Shown one piece after another: positions 57,205 through 64,000 of a stretch of DNA of 64,000 nt. Below the pieces are notes generated by a model. It saw only the letters and a program-made list of their open reading frames with translations. It made no database searches and was not told where the DNA came from. Every line of letters starts with the position of its first letter. The first letter of the stretch is position 1. The DNA is from Eledone cirrhosa (Eukaryota). Both the position numbers and the translations under genes were made by a program. Where the stretch lies: NCBI GenBank assembly GCA_964016885.1, contig OZ024746.1:51460001-51524000 (forward strand). The letters are read 5' to 3'.

Positions 57205-60200
57205 TGCCAATACACCAATATCAATTGCAACATAAACTACAACAACATCACCACCATAAACACCACCTTCACCAATACCACCATAAACACCAATTGCACC
57301 AATACCACCGTAACACCAACTGCACCAATACCACCATAAAACGAACTGCACCAATACCACCATAAACACCAACTGTACCGGTAATACTATAAACAAAAAC
57401 TGCACCAGTACCACCATAAACACCAACTGCACCAATACCACCAAAAACACCAACGGCACCAGTAATACTATAAACACCAACTACACCAGTAATACCATAA
57501 ACACAAACTGCACCAATACCACCGTAGACAACAACAACTGCACCAATACCACCATAACACCAACTGCACCAATACCACCATAACACCAACTGTACTAATA
57601 CCACCATAACATCAACTGCACCAGTACCACCAATAACACCAACTGCACCAATATCACCATAACACCAACTGCACCAATACCACCATAACACCAACTGCAC
57701 CAGTACCACCAATAACACCAAATGCACCAATACCACCATAACACCAACTGCACCAATACCACCATAACACCAACTGTACCAATACCACCATAACATCAAC
57801 TGAACCAATACGACCATAACACCAACTGAACCAATAGCACCATAACACAAACTGTACCAATACCACCATAACACCAACTGCACCAATACCACCATAACAG
57901 CAACTGCACCAATACCACCATAACACCAACTGTACCAATACCACCATAACACCAACTGCACCAATACCACCATAACAGGAACTGTACCAATACCACCATA
58001 ACACCAACTGTACCAATACCACTAATAACACCAACTGCACCAATACCACCATAACACCAACTGCACCAATACCACCATAACAACAACTGTACCAATACCA
58101 CCATAACACCAACTGCACCAATACCACCATAACACCAACTTCACCAATACCACCATAAAACCAACTGTACCAATACCACCATAACACCAACTGCACCAAT
58201 ACCACTAATAACACCAACTGAACCAATACCACCATAACACCAACTGCTCAAATACCACCATAACACGAACTGCACCAATACCACCATAACACCAACTGCA
58301 CCAATACCACCATAACACCAACTGCACCAATACCAGCATAACACGAACTGTACCAATACCACTATAACACGAACTGCACCAATACCACCATAACACCAAC
58401 TGTACCAATACCACCATAAAACCAACTGCACCAATACCACCATAAAACCAACTGTACCAATACCACCATAACACCAACTGCACCAATACCTCCATAACAC
58501 CAACTGTACCAATACCACCATAACACCAACTGTACCAATACCACCACAACACGAACTGCACCAATACCACCATAACACGAACTGCACCAATACCACCATA
58601 ACACCAACTGCACCAATACCACCATAACACGAACTGCACCAATACCACCATAACACCAACTGCACCAATACCAACCACCATAACACGAACTGCACCAATA
58701 CCACCATAACACGAACTGCACCGATACCACCATAACACGAACTGCACCAATACCACCATAACACCAACTGCACCAATACCACCATAACACAAACTGCACC
58801 AATACCACCATAACACCAACTGTACCAATACCACCATAACACCAACTGCACCAATACCACCATAAAACCAACGTTACCAATACCACCATAACACCAACTG
58901 CACCAATACCTCCATAACACCAACTGTACCAATACCACCATAACACGAACTGTACCAATACCACTAATAACACCAACTGAACCAATACCAACATAACACC
59001 AACTGCACCAATACCACCATAACACCAACTGCACCAATACCACCATAACACCAACTGCTCGAATACTACCATAACACCAACTTCACCAATACCGCCATAA
59101 CACGAACTGCACCAATACCACCATAACACCAACTGCACCAATACCACCATAACACCAACTGCACCAATACCACCATAACACCAACTGCACCAACACCACC
59201 ATAACACGAACTGCACCAATACCACCATAACACCAACTGCACCAATACCACCATAACACGAACTGCATCAATACCACCATAACACCAACTGCACCAATAC
59301 CACCAATAACACCAACTGCACCAATACCACCATAACAGCAACTGCACCAATACCACCATAACACGAACTGCACCAATACCACCAAAACACCAACTGCACC
59401 AATACTACCATAACACCAACTGTACCAATACCACCATAACACGAATTGCACCAATACCACCATAACACCAACTGTACCAATACCACCACAACACGAACTG
59501 CACCAATACCTCCATAGCACGAACTGCACCAATACCACCATAACACCAACTGTACCAATACCACCATAACACCAACTGCACCAATACCACCATAACACGA
59601 ACTGCACCAATACCACCATAACACCAACTGCACCAATACGACCATAACACCAACTGCACCAATACCACCATAACACCAACTGCACCAATACCACCATAAC
59701 ACCAACTGCACCAATACCAGCATAACACGAACTGTACCAATACCACTATAACACGAACTGCACCAATACCACCATAACACCAACTGTACCAATACCACCA
59801 TAACACCAACTGCACCAATACCTTCATAACACCAACTGTACCAATACCACCATAACACCAACTGTACCAATACCACCATAACACCAACTGTACCAATACC
59901 ACTAATAACACCAACTGAACCAATACCACCATAACACCAACTGCACCAATACCACCATCACACGAACTGCACCAATACCACCATAACACGAACTGCACCA
60001 ATACCACCATAACACCAACTGCACCAATACGACCATAACACCAACTGCACCAATACCACCAATAACACCAACTGCACCAATACTACCATAACACCAACTG
60101 CACCATTACCACCATAACACGAACTGCACCAATACTACCAAAACACCAACTGCACCAATACTACCATAACAGGAACTGTACCAATACCACCATAACACCA

Positions 60201-62910
60201 ACTGTACCAATACCACCACAACACGAACTGCACCAATACCACCATAACACGTACTGCACCAATAACACCAACTGCACCAATACCACCATAACACGAACTG
60301 CACCAATACCACCATAACAGCAACTGCACCAATACCACCATAACACGAACTGCACCAATACCACCATAACACGAACTGCACCAATACCACCATAACACCA
60401 ACTGCACCAATACCACCATAACACGTACTGCACCAATACCACCATAACACCAACTGCACCAATACCACCATAACACGAACTGCACCAATACCACCATAAC
60501 AGCAACTGCACCAATACCACCATAACACGAACTGCACCAATACCACCATAACACCAACTGCACCAATACGACCATAACACCAACTGCACCAATACCACCA
60601 ATAACACCAACTGCACCAATACCACCATAACACCAACTGTACCAATACCACCACAACACGAACTGCACCAATACCACCATAACACGTACTGCACCAATAC
60701 CACCATAACACCAACTGCACCAATACCACCATAACACGAACTGCACCAATACCACCATAACAGCAACTGCACCAATACCACCATAACACGAACTACACCA
60801 ATACCACCATAACACGAACTGCACCAATACCACCATAACACGAACTGCACCAATACCACCATAACACCAACTGTACCAATACCACCATAACACAAACTGC
60901 ACCAATACCACCATAACACCAACTGTACCAATACCACCATAACACCAACTGCACCAATACCACCATAAAACCAACGTTACCAATACCACCATAACACCAA
61001 CTGCACCAATACCTCCATAACACCAACTGTACCAATACGACGATAACACCAACTGTACCAATACCACTAATAACACCAACTGAACCAATAACACCATAAC
61101 ACCAACTGCACCAATACGACCATAACACCAACTGCACCAATACCACCATAACACCAACTGCTCGAATACTACCATAACACCAACTTCACCAATACCACCA
61201 TTAACACCAACTGCACCAATACCACCATAACACGAACTGCACCAATACCACCATAACACCAACTGCACCAATACCCCCATAACACCAACTGCACCAATAC
61301 CACCATAACACCAACTGCACCAATACCACCATAACACCAACTGCACCAATACCACCATAACACCAACTGCTCGAATACTACCATAACACCAACTTCCCCA
61401 ATACCACCATAACACCAACTGAACCAATACCACCATAACACGAACTGCACCAATACCACCATAACACGAACTGCACCAATACCACCATAACATCAACTGC
61501 ACCAATACCACCATAACACCAACTGCACCAATACCACCATAACACGAACTGCACCAATACCACCATAACACCAACTGCACCAATACCACCATAACAGCAA
61601 CTGCACCAATACCACCATAACAGCAACTGCACCAATACCATCATAACACGAACTGCACCAATACCTCCATAACACGAACTTCACCAAAACCACCATAACA
61701 CCAACTGCACCAATACCACCATAACACGAACTGCACCAATACCACCATAATACCAACAGCACCAATACCACCATAACACTAACTGCACCAATACCACCAT
61801 AACACCAACTGCACCAATACCACCATAACACCAACTGCTCGAATACTACCATAACACCAACTTCACCAATACCACCATAACACCAACTGCACCAATACCA
61901 CCATAACACCAACTGCACCAATACCACCATAACACAAACTGCACCAATACCACCATAACACGAACTGTACCAATACCACTATAACACGAACTGTACCAAT
62001 ACCACCATAACACCAACTGCACCAATACCACCATAACACCAACTGCACCAATACCACCATAACACCAACTGCACCATACCACCATAACACGAACTGTACC
62101 AATACCACTATAACACGAACTGCACCAATACCACCATAACACGAACTGTACCAATACCACCATAACACCAACTGCACCAATACCACTATAACACCAACTG
62201 CACCAATACCACCATAACACCAACTGCACCAATACTACCATAACACCAACTGCACCAATACTACCATAACACCAGCTGCACCAATACCACAATAACACCA
62301 ACTGCACCAATACCACCATAACACCAACTGCACCAATACGACCATAACACCAATACCACCATAACACCAACTGCACCAATACCACCATAACACCAACTGC
62401 ACCAATACCACCATAACACCAAATGCACTAATACTACCATAACACCAACTGCACCAATACCACCATGACACCAACTGTACCAATACTACCATAACACCAA
62501 CTGCACCAATACCACAATAACACCAACTGCACCAATACCACCATAACACCAACTGTACCAATACCACTAATAACACCAACTGAACCAATACCACCATAAC
62601 ACCAACTGCACCAATACTACCATAACACCTACTGCACCAATACTACCATAACACCAACTGCACCAATACCACCATAACACCAACTCTACCAATACCACCA
62701 TAACACCAACTGCACCAATACTACCATAACACCTACTGCACCAATACTACCATAACATCAACTGCACCAATACCACCATAACACCAACTGCACCAATACC
62801 ACCATAACACCAACTGCACCAATACCACCATAACACCAACTACACCAATACCACCATAACACCAACTGCACCAATACCACCATAACACCAACTGCACCAA
62901 TACCACCATA
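57205..62910 (+). repeat. 26-bp minisatellite array, ~5.7 kb (roughly 210-220 units)
   Basis: Unit ccaataccaccataacaccaactgca; the 26-aa periodicity of the spurious ORFs (3 units = 78 nt) confirms the period. Confidence 0.97.
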
Positions 62911-63339
62911 AACAGCAACAACTGTGTCAATACTATCAGAAACAACAGAATCTGTACCAACTCTGCCATAAACAACAGCAATAACAGCTGCACCAACACT
63001 ACCACCACCACCATATGCCACAACACCACCATAAACAACAACTCCAACAACACCACTATAAACAACAACTACAACAACACCACCATAGACAACAACTACA
63101 ATATCTCCACTATGAGCAACAATAAAGACATTCATAGCTATCCCACCAATATCACAACCACCACCATCACCACCACCAACAACAACAATAACATCAACTA
63201 TATCAACAACAACAGCTATAAAAACAATTGCATCAACCTCAACAAAACCACTGCCAAGACCACCACCACAAACAACAACAATAACAAGAAAAACAACAGC
63301 ATCACAGTCAACAACTACTCCCACAGCAACTACAACTAC

Positions 63340-64000
63340 ACCACCACTACTCCCACAGCAACTACAACTACACCACCACTACTACCACAGCAACTACAAC
63401 TACACCATCAATGTCACAACCACCACCACCTCCACCACCTCCAGCCGCAACACCACCAACAACAGCAACACTGAACATTTACTACGACAGCAACTACAAC
63501 TACACCACCACTACTATCACAACTACACCACCAATGTCTGTCACAACCACCACCACCTCCAGCCGCAACACCACCAACAACAGCAACACAGTGAACATCT
63601 ACTACCACAGCAACTATAACTACACCACCAATGTCACAACCACCACCACCTCCACCACCTCCAGCCGCAACACCACCAACAACAGCAACACAGTGAACAT
63701 CTACTACCACAGCAACTATAACTACACCACCAATGTCACAACCACCACCACCTCCACCACCTCCAGCCGCAACACCACCAACAACAGCAACACAGTGAAC
63801 ATCTACTACCACAACAACTACAACTACACCACCACTACTACCACAACTACACCACAAATGTCACAACCACCACCACTACCTCCACTACCTCCAGCCGCAA
63901 CACCACCAACAACAGCATCACAGTCAACATCTACTACCACAGCAACTACAACTACACCACCACTACTACCACAACTACACCACAAATGTCACAACCACCA
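63340..64000 (+). repeat. ~102-bp (variable) tandem repeat running off the window
   Basis: gtgaacatct at 63591, 63693 and 63795; ccagccgcaacaccaccaacaacagca in every unit. Confidence 0.9.

Noticed and set aside
57540-62910. CRISPR-like regular repeats
   Set aside because: Units are contiguous with no unique spacers, there are no cas genes, and the context is eukaryotic
57133-63068. Repetitive MVVLVQLVLWWYWCSWCYGGIGAVGV ORFs resembling a Gly/Tyr/Trp-rich structural protein
   Set aside because: The unit is 26 bp, so the same peptide cycles through all three frames; typical of a non-coding minisatellite

Overview
AT-rich eukaryotic non-genic DNA saturated with (TA)n/(CA)n/(ACC)n microsatellites. 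The SINE and RTE families resemble those of octopus/cephalopod genomes (inference). No host protein-coding gene can be supported, and almost all listed ORFs are translations of simple repeats. Real coding remnants: two decayed Penelope-like retroelements (PLEs; RT + GIY-YIG) at 4.2-7.9 kb and 27.2-30.1 kb, a third PLE endonuclease tail near 25.5 kb, RTE and CR1-like LINE 3' ends, and a mariner fragment. Also present: tRNA-derived SINEs, MITEs, a probable non-autonomous Helitron, a 5.7-kb 26-bp minisatellite and a 200-N gap. The most striking signal is about 25 hammerhead-ribozyme motifs (intact, degenerate or half) from about ten unrelated PLE-type families. They mostly sit in fold-back (inverted-arm) insertions in microsatellites. 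In several unrelated families one arm ends at a 'long' terminus and the other at an internal 'short' terminus on a TAT/ATAT motif, which suggests priming from both ends of a broken (TA)n tract. Unusual variants include ~100-nt stem II extensions, a CCGAAGA core, a family always cut at the stem II apex, and an in-frame Asn-rich domain in one PLE. All structures were read by eye; coordinates may be off by a few bases.
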